A stretch of DNA of 64,000 nucleotides, taken from a bacterium (GTDB taxonomy: Bacteria; UBA8248). Under the pieces are notes generated by a model. The model did not search any database and was not told the origin of the DNA. It worked only from the letters and a program-made list of their open reading frames with translations. Position numbers and translations under genes: made by a program. The stretch covers positions 1,472,001 through 1,536,000 of the forward strand of contig OZ241875.1 in assembly GCA_965203325.1 (NCBI GenBank). Direction: 5' to 3'. The stretch's first letter is position 1, and each line of letters opens with the position of its first letter. This document shows positions 1 to 9,292 of the stretch, in pieces.

Positions 1-798
1 GAACTCGGCTCTCCTGAGAAAGATCACACTGAAAAGCACGGTGAACAAAGGGCTGATCTGAACGAGCGGCACCACCCTGAAAACCTGGCTCACCTGCAAG
101 GCGGAGGTGAAGAGAAAAATTCCCATCCCCGCCGCTATCCCGCCCAGCAGATACGGCCAAAACGCTTGTTTTACGTCTCCTGTCTCTTCTTCGCGCAAGG
201 CGTAACAGGTGTATGCGCCCACCAAGACGAGAGCGGCGGCGGCGCCTACCATCGAGGCGGGAAGTGCACTCGGAAAAGCGACCAACCCCTTCTTCCAGGA
301 CATGGCTCCAAACCCCGAAATGATTGCCGCGATCAGGGGCCACCGAGCGTCCCAACGGCTCCATCGTCCTTCCGTCTTTCCCGATACGAGCAATACGATA
401 CCGCCTACCACGAACACAATGCCTACCAGATGATACCAAGCCGGGTCCTCTCCCAGAAAAATGAGCGCGAAAAGAGCAGCGAATATGGGAGACATACCCT
501 TTATGGGCGCCGCGCGCGCTACGCCAATTCGGTGGATACCAATCAGGAAGAAGATGAGGAACAGACCCGGGTTACACAGGCCTCCAACCATTATCCACAG
601 GTAGTGCACGCCCATTTCCGGGAACGAGGGCCCCAGGAGGAAAACCAACGGAACGAAGAAGACCAACTCCCCCACCAGCGTGATGGTGGCGCCCACGAAA
701 TGGTTGGCGAATTGCAAACCCTTGCGTGCGAAGATATCTGCGCATGTAAAAGAGAGCGCCGCGCTCAGAGCAAGAAAAACGAACGGTTCGATCAACAA
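1..798 (-). CDS. EamA/DMT family transporter (3' end runs off the window)
   Basis: Not in the ORF track; translated by hand: LLIEPFVFLALSAALSFTCADIFARKGLQ...GIHRIGVARAAPIKGMSPIFAALFALIFLGE...VVPLVQISPLFTVLFSVIFLR. Two EamA-type hydrophobic repeats; start (TTG 798 or 795) uncertain. Confidence 0.85.
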   Translation of the reverse strand, partial: MLIEPFVFLALSAALSFTCADIFARKGLQFANHFVGATITLVGELVFFVPLVFLLGPSFPEMGVHYLWIMVGGLCNPGLFLIFFLIGIHRIGVARAAPIKGMSPIFAALFALIFLGEDPAWYHLVGIVFVVGGIVLLVSGKTEGRWSRWDARWPLIAAIISGFGAMSWKKGLVAFPSALPASMVGAAAALVLVGAYTCYALREEETGDVKQAFWPYLLGGIAAGMGIFLFTSALQVSQVFRVVPLVQISPLFTVLFSVIFLRRAEF

Positions 799-864
799 GG
801 CGGGAGTCTCCGCGCGAAAGTCAACGGGCTCAAAGATATTCTCCCGCGGAGGAGCCTAGAAATT

Positions 865-2085
865 CTAGGCGAGGTATTTTTTCGAATTTCCCAAGAACTC
901 GACCACAGATTGAGCGAAGACGCTGACGCCGACTGCCAACGCGTCCTCATCCAGGTCGAACAGATCGGAATGCAACCCGTGCACGAATCCTTTTCCCGGG
1001 TTCGATATGCCCACGCGAAACAATGCGCCGGGCCGTTTCTCCACCATGTAGGAGAAATCCTCGGCTCCCATCGAAAGCGGCATCTCCTCCACGTTCTCTG
1101 CGCCGAGAACCTGAACCCCCGCATTTTCGACGAGTGCGGCGGCGGCCTCGTGGTTCACCAGAACGGGATATCCCGGCGTGATTTCCAGGTCGATTTCCAC
1201 GTCGAAGGCTTCCGCCACTCCGCGCGCCACCGCCCGCACGCGGTCGGCCACCTTCGCTCTGACCTTCGGATCATGCGTGCGGATGGTGCCTTGGAGCTTG
1301 GCGTCACGCGGCACGATGTTGACCGCTACGCCGGCCTCGAACGTAGTGATCGAAAGAACGGCGGATTCGAAAGGACCGACGTTTCTACTTACGATACATT
1401 GAAGCGCGGTCACCAGATGGCAGGCGGCCAGCAGGGCGTCTTTGGATTGATGGGGATACGCCGCGTGCGAACTGACGCCTCTGACGTGAATCTGGAGTCT
1501 GTCCCCCGCCGCCAGCGAGGGGCCCGGCCTCGTGCCGATATGGCCAACAGGCATATCGGGCCACACGTGCGCGGCGATGAGGAGATCCACCTGCGGTCCT
1601 TCCAGAACGCCCTCTTCCACCATTCTCTTGCCGCCGGCCTTGCCCTCCTCCGCCGGCTGAAATATGAATTTGACGTTGCCCCCCAGGCCATCAAGCCAGC
1701 TTTTATTCTCGGAAAGCAGGCGAGCCGCACCCAGCAGCATGCTCACATGAGCGTCATGACCACAGGCGTGCATCTTCCCCGGCCGGCGGCTCTTGTAGGG
1801 TACGTCGTTGGACTCATCGATGGAGAGCGCATCCATATCGGCGCGTATGCCGATGGTGGGGCCGGGACGTCCCGTCTCGAGCAGGCCGACCACTCCGGTT
1901 TCCGCGATGCCTGCATGTACACCAAGCCCGAAACTTTCGAGGTTCTCCACGATGAGGCGGGAGGTTTCATGCTCCTCGTAGGCGAGTTCGGGATTCATAT
2001 GAAGGGTGCGCCTGGTCTCGGAAAGCCACGGCAGCAGCGCCAGTGAGGCATCCCGTATCGATCGAGACGTGTCGGCGGATTTCAT
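865..2085 (-). CDS. M20 family amidohydrolase (hippurate hydrolase-like)
   Basis: HMNPELAYEE, RADMDAL, MHACGHDAH, FQPAEEG, GAEDF motifs. Confidence 0.92.
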   Translation of the reverse strand: MKSADTSRSIRDASLALLPWLSETRRTLHMNPELAYEEHETSRLIVENLESFGLGVHAGIAETGVVGLLETGRPGPTIGIRADMDALSIDESNDVPYKSRRPGKMHACGHDAHVSMLLGAARLLSENKSWLDGLGGNVKFIFQPAEEGKAGGKRMVEEGVLEGPQVDLLIAAHVWPDMPVGHIGTRPGPSLAAGDRLQIHVRGVSSHAAYPHQSKDALLAACHLVTALQCIVSRNVGPFESAVLSITTFEAGVAVNIVPRDAKLQGTIRTHDPKVRAKVADRVRAVARGVAEAFDVEIDLEITPGYPVLVNHEAAAALVENAGVQVLGAENVEEMPLSMGAEDFSYMVEKRPGALFRVGISNPGKGFVHGLHSDLFDLDEDALAVGVSVFAQSVVEFLGNSKKYLA

Positions 2086-2343
2086 CGATTCGCTTTCCTC
2101 ATCACGTTGACGCCCTCGCTGAAGAAAATCCGCAAAGGTTCGCTTGACGCTCGGATAATTTGTTCAATGAAGGGTAGATAACACAAACAATGGAGATAAA
2201 CCAATCCATCGCCCGAACCTGCGCTTATGGGTCTGGGCGGCTATTCCGTTCAGGCATGAATGCTTTGTTCTGCCGCGGGTTTGATAAAGGAGTAACACCA
2301 CAAATTAAAAAACGCACACGGATCTGTCACCCACACCAAGAAA

Positions 2344-4020
2344 TCAAAAATCATCCGCAGAGAAGTCTGGCCGCTCACGCAATATCGCCTTGATGTCCTC
2401 TCTCTTGTGTTTGCGCGTGGTCGTTTTGGGCAACTCCTCCTCAGGCCAGAGGAAAAATCCGGCCACTCTCTTATAATCCGCGAGATGCACGCTCAATCGT
2501 TTGAGTTCGGAATCGGCCAGGGCGGTGCGCTTCTCGTCTTCATCAGGCAAATCGGCTTCCGGGTCGAGCACCACGACAGCGAATACCTCCTCGCCGCCGC
2601 GGGGTGTTTTCCGCCCGATGACACATACGTCCTGAAACCACTCGCTCTCGAGAAGCTGCTCTTCCACCTCCTCGGGATAGATGTTCTTCCCCGCCTCGGA
2701 GACGATGACGTTCTTGGAACGACCGCATATCGTGAGGTAGCCGCCCGAGTCCAGGCGGCCGATGTCTCCGGTATGAAACCACCCGTCTCGCAGGACCTCC
2801 GCCGTGAGTTCGGGGTTCTCGAAGTAGCCCTGCATTACGTTCGGGCCACGTATGAGGATTTCACCCTCTCCCTCATCCGCGCCCTCTACGGGTACAATCC
2901 GCGCCTCCACCCCCGGAATCGGCGGGCCGACGGTTCCAATTCTGTTCGGCGCTCCCGGCGGATTCGCATGGGTGACGGGGGAGGTTTCCGTCAAGCCATA
3001 CCCCTGGAGCACCTCGATCCCAAAAATGAGCAAATCACGTGCGATCTTGGGATCGAGCGCGGCTCCCCCGCTCGCGAAATAGCGCAGATTCGGGCCGAGA
3101 TTCTTCTTCACCTGAGAAAACAACGATCCCCCGACGCGAAGACCCATGGAGAGACAAATGCCGGAAATCCCGAAAAGCATCTTGAAGATGATTTTCTTCG
3201 CACCGCTCAGCGAATCCACGTTCGACATGATTCGTTTGTGGATAAGCCGCGCCAGCGCTGGCACCATGAGGCAGATGGTGATGCCCTGGTTTTGCATGGC
3301 CTCCACGAGAAGGCGAGGGTTCAACGATGAGAGGTAATGCACGCGGGCGCCTGCCGCAAGCGGAATCAGGAAACCGCCCGTGCTCTCGAACATATGGTGA
3401 AGCGGCAGAATCGATAGAAAAACGTCGTCCTCCCCGGCGAAGAAAGGTTCAAGTACGGCGCGCACGTTGGAGGTGATATTCCCGTGAGAGAGCATCACGC
3501 CCTTGGGCGTTCCCGTCGTTCCCGATGAAAACGACACCAGTGCCAGATCATCCGGACTTCGTTCTGCGCCCGGCAGCGTATCCAGCGAAGCGGCAAGGGC
3601 AGGCTCTCTGTCCCCATCGATGCGCAATACCGCGCAATTCGATGCGAGACCATCCACCAGAACATTGGCGCGTTCTTGTTCGCTCGCGTCCGTAACCAGG
3701 CATACGGGTCTTGCCTTCTCCAGGATGTTTGCGAGTTCTCCTTCTTTGAGATTCACATCCAGGGGCACGAGAACCCCGCCGGCGAGCAGCGCCCCGAAAT
3801 ATCCCACGCCCCATTCGGGTTGATTTGGCGCCAGCAGAGCGATGAAATCGCCCGGTTTCACGCCCGCATCCATCAAATCTCGAGCCAAAGCAGCGGCTTT
3901 CCCGCACAACTCCTCTCTCGTTAGTGTCACCCGGCCGCGTCCTTCCACGTCGCCTTCAAAGGCGATCGAATCGGGAAATTTCGCGGTTGTCTCTTTCAGA
4001 AGCTCAATCAGTGTATCCAT
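2344..4020 (-). CDS. Long-chain fatty-acid--CoA ligase (AMP-binding)
   Basis: SSGTTGTPKGVMLSH, QGYGLTET, GWFHTGDIG; GGAGG RBS before ATG 4020. Confidence 0.9.
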   Translation of the reverse strand: MDTLIELLKETTAKFPDSIAFEGDVEGRGRVTLTREELCGKAAALARDLMDAGVKPGDFIALLAPNQPEWGVGYFGALLAGGVLVPLDVNLKEGELANILEKARPVCLVTDASEQERANVLVDGLASNCAVLRIDGDREPALAASLDTLPGAERSPDDLALVSFSSGTTGTPKGVMLSHGNITSNVRAVLEPFFAGEDDVFLSILPLHHMFESTGGFLIPLAAGARVHYLSSLNPRLLVEAMQNQGITICLMVPALARLIHKRIMSNVDSLSGAKKIIFKMLFGISGICLSMGLRVGGSLFSQVKKNLGPNLRYFASGGAALDPKIARDLLIFGIEVLQGYGLTETSPVTHANPPGAPNRIGTVGPPIPGVEARIVPVEGADEGEGEILIRGPNVMQGYFENPELTAEVLRDGWFHTGDIGRLDSGGYLTICGRSKNVIVSEAGKNIYPEEVEEQLLESEWFQDVCVIGRKTPRGGEEVFAVVVLDPEADLPDEDEKRTALADSELKRLSVHLADYKRVAGFFLWPEEELPKTTTRKHKREDIKAILRERPDFSADDF

Positions 4021-4104
4021 CCCAGTTCCTCCTGCATCAACCCGCTCGAAAGCTCCGCAGACAGAGCGAGGTTCATCACCACTCGACTCCATCGAGCGTT
4101 CCGG

Positions 4105-4896
4105 TTAGATCAGCCGCTTTCTGACCTGCCATGCGGCGAATTCTCCCGCGAAAACCAGGGCGATGATCGCCAGCACAAGCACGCCTGATTTTTGCCACTG
4201 AAACTGCTTGACGTACAAGAACACGTAAAACCCCAAGCCCCCTGCACCGACGAGACCCAGAATCGTGGAATCGCGCAGATTCATCTCGAAACGTATGGCC
4301 AGATGCGCGACCATTTGCGGCAAAACCTGGGGAATGAGACCGTGTTGAATGATCTGAAGGGAAGAGGCCCCCGTGCCCTGTAGTGCCAGCAGAGGTTTCG
4401 GGTCGGTCGCCTCGATTTCCTCCGCCACGAACCGGCCGAGCACGCCGACAGAGTGCACCGCCAACGCCAGCACGCCGGGAAAAGGGCCGAGCCCCACGGC
4501 GGAGACGAACAACAATGCGAGGAGTAACAGTGGGATGGAGCGGACGAACGCCATAAACGCCTTGATGGGCAGGTGCACCCAAACCGGCGTCCAGTTCGAC
4601 GCCGCGAGTACGCCCAGTGGATAGGCAAACAAAGCACCCAGAAAAGTGCCCGCAATGGTGGTTTGCAGCGTTTCGACAGCCGAGGTCAGTAAAACATCCC
4701 AAACCGACCAATCGGGCGGCGTCATCCGGCCAAAGAAGTGAAACAGTTGGGGAACCCCGCGCCAGAATTGCCCGGGTGAAAACTCAGAACCCTGAAAAGA
4801 CCAGAATAAGAGTGCGCTAACCGCCAGGAAGAGGCTGACCTTGCCAGCCGTACGGCCAGGTGAAAGCGCTTCTGCTTGCTCTCGTTCCGTTCCCAT
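4105..4896 (-). CDS. phnE: PhnE/PtxC-type ABC permease
   Basis: GLGPFPGVLAL, RFEMNLRDSTILGLVGAGGLG. Confidence 0.88.
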   Translation of the reverse strand: MGTEREQAEALSPGRTAGKVSLFLAVSALLFWSFQGSEFSPGQFWRGVPQLFHFFGRMTPPDWSVWDVLLTSAVETLQTTIAGTFLGALFAYPLGVLAASNWTPVWVHLPIKAFMAFVRSIPLLLLALLFVSAVGLGPFPGVLALAVHSVGVLGRFVAEEIEATDPKPLLALQGTGASSLQIIQHGLIPQVLPQMVAHLAIRFEMNLRDSTILGLVGAGGLGFYVFLYVKQFQWQKSGVLVLAIIALVFAGEFAAWQVRKRLI

Positions 4897-5662
4897 TCAC
4901 GACTCCGTTCGTTCCCATGAACTCGTAGATTTCACATATCCTATCATTCGAGAGGGAATCCGAAGAACCATCCCACATGATTTTTCCGTTTTTCATCGCA
5001 AGGATTCTATCGGCATACTTGCGCGCCAGTTCGGGGAGGTGGAGGCTCATCATGAGCGTGAGTTCGTAGGCGTCGCAAACGGACACGAGAAGATCCATAA
5101 TGTCCTCTGCCAATGCCGGGTCCAGGCTCGAAACGGGTTCGTCTGCCAGCAGAATCGTCGGCTCCTGCGCCAACGCCCGGGCGATGGCCACGCGCTGCTG
5201 TTCTCCGCCGGAGAGCGTGCGGGCGAAGCGACGCTGCATGTCCTCGAGATGCACCTCGTGAATAGCCTGTGCGCAGATTTGCAAATCGCGCTGCGAGCAG
5301 ATTCCCAACGCGCTTTTGAGCAAAGACACGTAACCCAACCTTCCGTGATAGACGTTTTGCCAGACGGTTTCCCGGCCTATCAGGTCGAAATGCTGGTGAA
5401 TCATGCCGATATGGCGATGATGCGTTTTCATCTTCTGCGGGTCCTTGATCGGGAAAATATCCCCCATCACGACTACCTTCCCCTCATGGCAGGGCACGTA
5501 GCCCTTCAGCATTCTCATGAGGGTCGTCTTGCCGGAACCGCTGTTGCCGATGATGGCCAGCCTCTCCCCACGAGAGACCTCAAGATGATCAATGGCAAGA
5601 ATCGTCCGCCCCTCCATCTCCACGCGCGCATCTTCGATTTGGATGACCATTTCTTTCGACAT
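4817..5662 (-). CDS. phnC: PhnC/PtxA-type ABC ATP-binding protein
   Basis: [42 protein letters not shown]. Confidence 0.88.
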   Translation of the reverse strand: MSKEMVIQIEDARVEMEGRTILAIDHLEVSRGERLAIIGNSGSGKTTLMRMLKGYVPCHEGKVVVMGDIFPIKDPQKMKTHHRHIGMIHQHFDLIGRETVWQNVYHGRLGYVSLLKSALGICSQRDLQICAQAIHEVHLEDMQRRFARTLSGGEQQRVAIARALAQEPTILLADEPVSSLDPALAEDIMDLLVSVCDAYELTLMMSLHLPELARKYADRILAMKNGKIMWDGSSDSLSNDRICEIYEFMGTNGVVNGNGTRASRSAFTWPYGWQGQPLPGG

Positions 5663-5665
5663 TTC

Positions 5666-6589
5666 CTACTCCTTCAAAAAACCATACCTACGAGCCATAT
5701 CGGCCACGGGTTGATATCGACTGTGATCGACTCTGACGTAACCATTTGTCCCGTAAAGAGCCCGCATCAAACTGCGATACTCGGGCCGGTTCATCTTCAT
5801 CATCGCCGCAATGAATTTTCGTCTGATTTCAGGCTCCAGGCCTTTGCGAACCACCACGTTGTGGCTGGGGATTCTGGCCGATTGCGCGATAGCGACGACT
5901 TGGTCGCGCTGCTCGGGACGGAGAAGATTGAGGGCGTATTGACTGACGCCGGCGGCGGCGACGAAGCCGCCGACCATCGAGTTGATCGCCTGCTGATCCC
6001 CGCCTGCAAAATAAACCCTTCGAAAAAATCCGCCCTCGGGCTTTCCCACTCCCCCATTCGCCAGACCAGCGTGGATGAAAATGTCATGGGGGTACATGAA
6101 CCCCGAACTCGAAATGGGATCGACATAAGCAATGGTCTTTCCCTTGAGATCGGATAGTCTCTTGATGCCGCTGTCCTTGCGAACGAAAATCCTCGCATAG
6201 TAGTAGGGTTTTCCGTCGTATATCTCCCCGAGCACCGCCTCGACTCCCGAATACTTGTTTGCCAGGACATAAGGCAGCGGAGACATGAAACTTACGTCCG
6301 CCTTTTTCGAGATCATCGCTTCTACTGCGGCCGAGTAGTTCAAGGTGATGAAATAGCGGACTTTCCGCCCCATTTCTTTTTCCAGGAAATTCATCGCAGG
6401 CCTCACGTTGCTGATGAGTTTCTCGGGATTCTCCAGCGGAATGAACGCGACCCGGAGCTCTCTATCGCTCGCGTAGAGGGGAGCCGCAGCAAACACCAAA
6501 AAGCTGAAAATAAGGAGAATCGCCATCTGAAATACGACCCTCGGCGCTCGCGGCGAAGATATTCGGATGAAACGCATGGTTCTGCTCAT
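5666..6589 (-). CDS. PhnD/PtxB-family substrate-binding protein (atypical binding residues)
   Basis: Signal peptide, NYSAAVEAM, YVDPISSSGFMYP, adjacent to phnC/phnE. Confidence 0.85.
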   Translation of the reverse strand: MSRTMRFIRISSPRAPRVVFQMAILLIFSFLVFAAAPLYASDRELRVAFIPLENPEKLISNVRPAMNFLEKEMGRKVRYFITLNYSAAVEAMISKKADVSFMSPLPYVLANKYSGVEAVLGEIYDGKPYYYARIFVRKDSGIKRLSDLKGKTIAYVDPISSSGFMYPHDIFIHAGLANGGVGKPEGGFFRRVYFAGGDQQAINSMVGGFVAAAGVSQYALNLLRPEQRDQVVAIAQSARIPSHNVVVRKGLEPEIRRKFIAAMMKMNRPEYRSLMRALYGTNGYVRVDHSRYQPVADMARRYGFLKE

Positions 6590-8547
6590 TTCAATTTGTC
6601 CTGGTTTTTCTGATAAAGAGCGTGATAAGCCGCTATTTTGCCGTCGGTCATCTTCACGTCGCCGTCCAGATGAGCTCGCAAGGCCTCATTCAGTTTCTTT
6701 TCCATTTCATTGAGAATCGGCAGGTTTCCCTTGTCCTGAACATCCCACTTGTGGGCCTGCACTTCACGCACCACGGTTTTCAGCAAGACGGTGATCAACT
6801 CTTTTTTCTTTCTCTGTTTCAACCGCTCATACGTGGAGAGGAAAAACTTGAACTCCTCCAACTCCGACTCCAGCGTGTAAACAGTATCCTCAATCCCCTG
6901 GACGCCATCACCCACGGCTTCGACGTAGGCCGTGAGATCGTCGATGTCCTTTGCACCCAATCCCAGCTTGAATTGCGTGTTGAACCATTCATTCACCGCC
7001 CGCAGGGTGGGCAGGCTCCCGTCGTGGAAATATGGGGCCGTGAATTTCGACGAGAGTAGTGTGGGCGTATCCAGGCCTCCCACGTGGAAGGGCTGGTTCT
7101 CTCCTCCCGTGGAACCGATGTTGTGGCGTTTGTGGTCGACGAAATTCGCATTTGGGATGTGACAACTCGCGCAACTCATGCCGCCCATCATCTGCGGAAA
7201 CTTCCGGTGAAATATCTTCTCGCCCCGAAGGGCTGCTTTCGAAACCTTCCCGGGATTCAGTCTCCCGCTTTTTCTCAGCTTCGGGTTCGGCAAGAATTCG
7301 AATTCGTTCATATAGGCGATCATCCCGTCCATGACCATCGGATCGGGCTCTGGCCCATTGAACTCGTTCACGATGACGTTGCGGACGAATTCCCTGAGCG
7401 AGGCGAAACGCCCGTTTCTGCCATATGGGGCCGTGAAGCGAATGCCCCGCAAATCGGGCGTGTCCAATGGATCGTGCAGGCCGTTGTTGGCGTGCCCTGC
7501 GAAGAAGCTGTTCGACACGTCCATCCCGCCCTTTTCCCTGGAAAGTCCCGGGATGAAGAATTTGGGATTCGTCACTCCCTTGTTGTGGCAAGTGTTGCAA
7601 CTTATTCCGAGGCTACGCGCTGGCTCGCCGAAAATCTCAGAACTGTCGAAAGCCATGTCTCCCAGGGCGATGAGAAAGGTTTCCGCCTCGTTTACTCCGC
7701 GCTCCGCCATGCCGAGAATTTGTCTTGGACGCGGGAGTTGCTTGTTGATATCGGAGCCGGGCGGCAGGCGCCTCGGCACTTTCGCTGATTGAATATACGT
7801 TTCGCTCGCCTTGGGACGGGGTAAAAGTCTGTGTTCTTTTCCGGCCCGGAACCCGGAAAAATTCGAATGGAAATATCGGCGAATAAACGCGACGCTCTCG
7901 CGGATTTTCTCCAGATTCATCGGCCTTGAGCCGATGCCCATCACGCCCGCAGCCCCAAGATGAGAATTCGCTTCGAGCCAGTGGACCTGCAGCCTCTTCC
8001 ACCCTTCCGGATCCAGATGCGGCAAGGCATCAGCGAAAGCCTGAGATATTCTGCGCGCCTCGTTCAGGCGGTTTTTCACCTCGGCTCTGCTCGAATCCGC
8101 TTTGATCCCGTCCAAGCGAGAGATTAACAACGAGGTGACTCCCCGCGTCACCAAAGAGAAAACCAAACGACTCCCGTTTTTGCGCGCGACGACCATATCC
8201 GGCTCTTCATCACCTCTGCCCACCGGCTGGGCCACATGCTTGGCAGCAGCCAACTCCGCCGAGTATTTTTTCGCGCCATGGGAATCCACAGCTCCGAGAG
8301 CTTCCTGGATACGCTCCATATCGGACCATACCTGCGGCCAGAGCACTGGATTCAGATTCAAGATGAAACTGACTCGACGATAACTTTCGGCAACGGGGTG
8401 CAATTCTTCGGGAGGGACGATGTGCGCCGAGGCCGGACTGAAACTCATCATCAGAAGCCCAGCGGCCATAAGCCATGCCGGCATCGTCAAGGAATTTTTC
8501 ACACGCAGTGCAAGACTCGCCCCGGGCGCCATGAGGCCGCATAACAT
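6586..8547 (-). CDS. Di-haem cytochrome c peroxidase/MauG-like protein with long N-terminal extension
   Basis: CNTCH and CASCH haem motifs, DTPDLRGIRFTAPY, DTPTLL...TAPYFHDGS; signal peptide ending ASA; start placed at ATG 8547 after GGAG. Confidence 0.8.
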   Translation of the reverse strand: MLCGLMAPGASLALRVKNSLTMPAWLMAAGLLMMSFSPASAHIVPPEELHPVAESYRRVSFILNLNPVLWPQVWSDMERIQEALGAVDSHGAKKYSAELAAAKHVAQPVGRGDEEPDMVVARKNGSRLVFSLVTRGVTSLLISRLDGIKADSSRAEVKNRLNEARRISQAFADALPHLDPEGWKRLQVHWLEANSHLGAAGVMGIGSRPMNLEKIRESVAFIRRYFHSNFSGFRAGKEHRLLPRPKASETYIQSAKVPRRLPPGSDINKQLPRPRQILGMAERGVNEAETFLIALGDMAFDSSEIFGEPARSLGISCNTCHNKGVTNPKFFIPGLSREKGGMDVSNSFFAGHANNGLHDPLDTPDLRGIRFTAPYGRNGRFASLREFVRNVIVNEFNGPEPDPMVMDGMIAYMNEFEFLPNPKLRKSGRLNPGKVSKAALRGEKIFHRKFPQMMGGMSCASCHIPNANFVDHKRHNIGSTGGENQPFHVGGLDTPTLLSSKFTAPYFHDGSLPTLRAVNEWFNTQFKLGLGAKDIDDLTAYVEAVGDGVQGIEDTVYTLESELEEFKFFLSTYERLKQRKKKELITVLLKTVVREVQAHKWDVQDKGNLPILNEMEKKLNEALRAHLDGDVKMTDGKIAAYHALYQKNQDKLK

Positions 8548-8581
8548 ATTTACGGTTCTCCAGAAAAACACCAACAAAACA

Positions 8582-8611
8582 ATTTTATTAATATCCAAAA
8601 AATAAAGTCAA
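8582..8611 (-). promoter_or_regulatory. Putative sigma70 promoter for the peroxidase-ABC operon
   Basis: Minus strand TTGACT-N18-TAAAAT in an AT-rich intergenic stretch. Confidence 0.55.
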
Positions 8612-8628
8612 CCCCTACTGAATAAATT

Positions 8629-8644
8629 TTTAGGCATGCCTAAA
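8629..8644. promoter_or_regulatory. Perfect 16-bp palindrome, DtxR/MntR-family-like operator
   Basis: TTTAGGCATGCCTAAA; resembles TTAGG-N-CCTAA boxes of DtxR/IdeR/MntR/SirR regulators. Confidence 0.55.
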
Positions 8645-8742
8645 TTCAAGAAAAGACACCAAGACCCACATAAACAGACGCTTCGGGGACTTAATTGAAA
8701 ATGACGCATGTAAAGTTTGTATTCTTTGAGAAGTTCGAGCGC

Positions 8743-8775
8743 AAAAAACCGGCCCTGGTAAAGGCCGGTTTTTTT
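8743..8775. terminator. Intrinsic terminator downstream of glnK (bidirectional shape)
   Basis: AAAAAACCGGCC-ctggtaaa-GGCCGGTTTTTTT. Confidence 0.8.
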
Positions 8776-8893
8776 AAGGCTGGATACTTGGTATTTGAAG
8801 AATCGCTCCGAAGGCAGATACCGAAGACGATAAAATCATCTACACCATCAACTCCGCCTTGTCGTGGAAACGACTCCGATGCGGAGCAGGTTC

Positions 8894-9232
8894 TTAAATA
8901 GCGCTATCGCCTCTGTCGCCGGTGCGTATGCGCACGCAATCCTCCACCGGCTGGACGAATATCTTGCCATCTCCTATCTGGCCCGAATTCGCCGCATCGC
9001 AAATCGCCGTGACGATGGCATCGGCGTTATCATCCTGCGTCAATATTTCCACTTTGATTTTCGGCAGGAAATCGACCACGTACTCGCTGCCGCGATAAAG
9101 CTCGGTGTGTCCCTTCTGACGGCCAAAACCCTTCACTTCGGTGACCGTCATTCCCGTCACACCGGCATCTCCCAGAGTTTCTTTCACACTTTCCAGCTTG
9201 AATGGCTTAATAATCGCCGTGACTAAACGCAT
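8894..9232 (-). CDS. glnK: Nitrogen regulatory protein P-II
   Basis: IIKPFKL, GFGRQKGHTELYRGSEY, GDGKIF; linked to amtB. Confidence 0.95.
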   Translation of the reverse strand: MRLVTAIIKPFKLESVKETLGDAGVTGMTVTEVKGFGRQKGHTELYRGSEYVVDFLPKIKVEILTQDDNADAIVTAICDAANSGQIGDGKIFVQPVEDCVRIRTGDRGDSAI

Positions 9233-9292
9233 TGTTCATTCCTCTCAAGATGACGGATGGATTCATCCAGTATAAATCCCCTCGCGCTTGAA

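Noticed and set aside
166..2046. 626-aa plus-strand ORF, and similar long ORFs such as 49677-51641, 54871-56571, 19527-20975 and 47017-48507
   Set aside because: Antisense shadows of well-supported minus-strand genes in GC-rich DNA; no recognisable motifs.
4817..4896. 80-bp overlap of the phnC tail with the phnE start as a possible frameshift
   Set aside because: Both proteins have complete domains; a non-conserved tail or a later phnE start explains it.
8548..8598. TTG start at 8598 for the peroxidase
   Set aside because: It lies inside the predicted promoter; ATG 8547 has an RBS.
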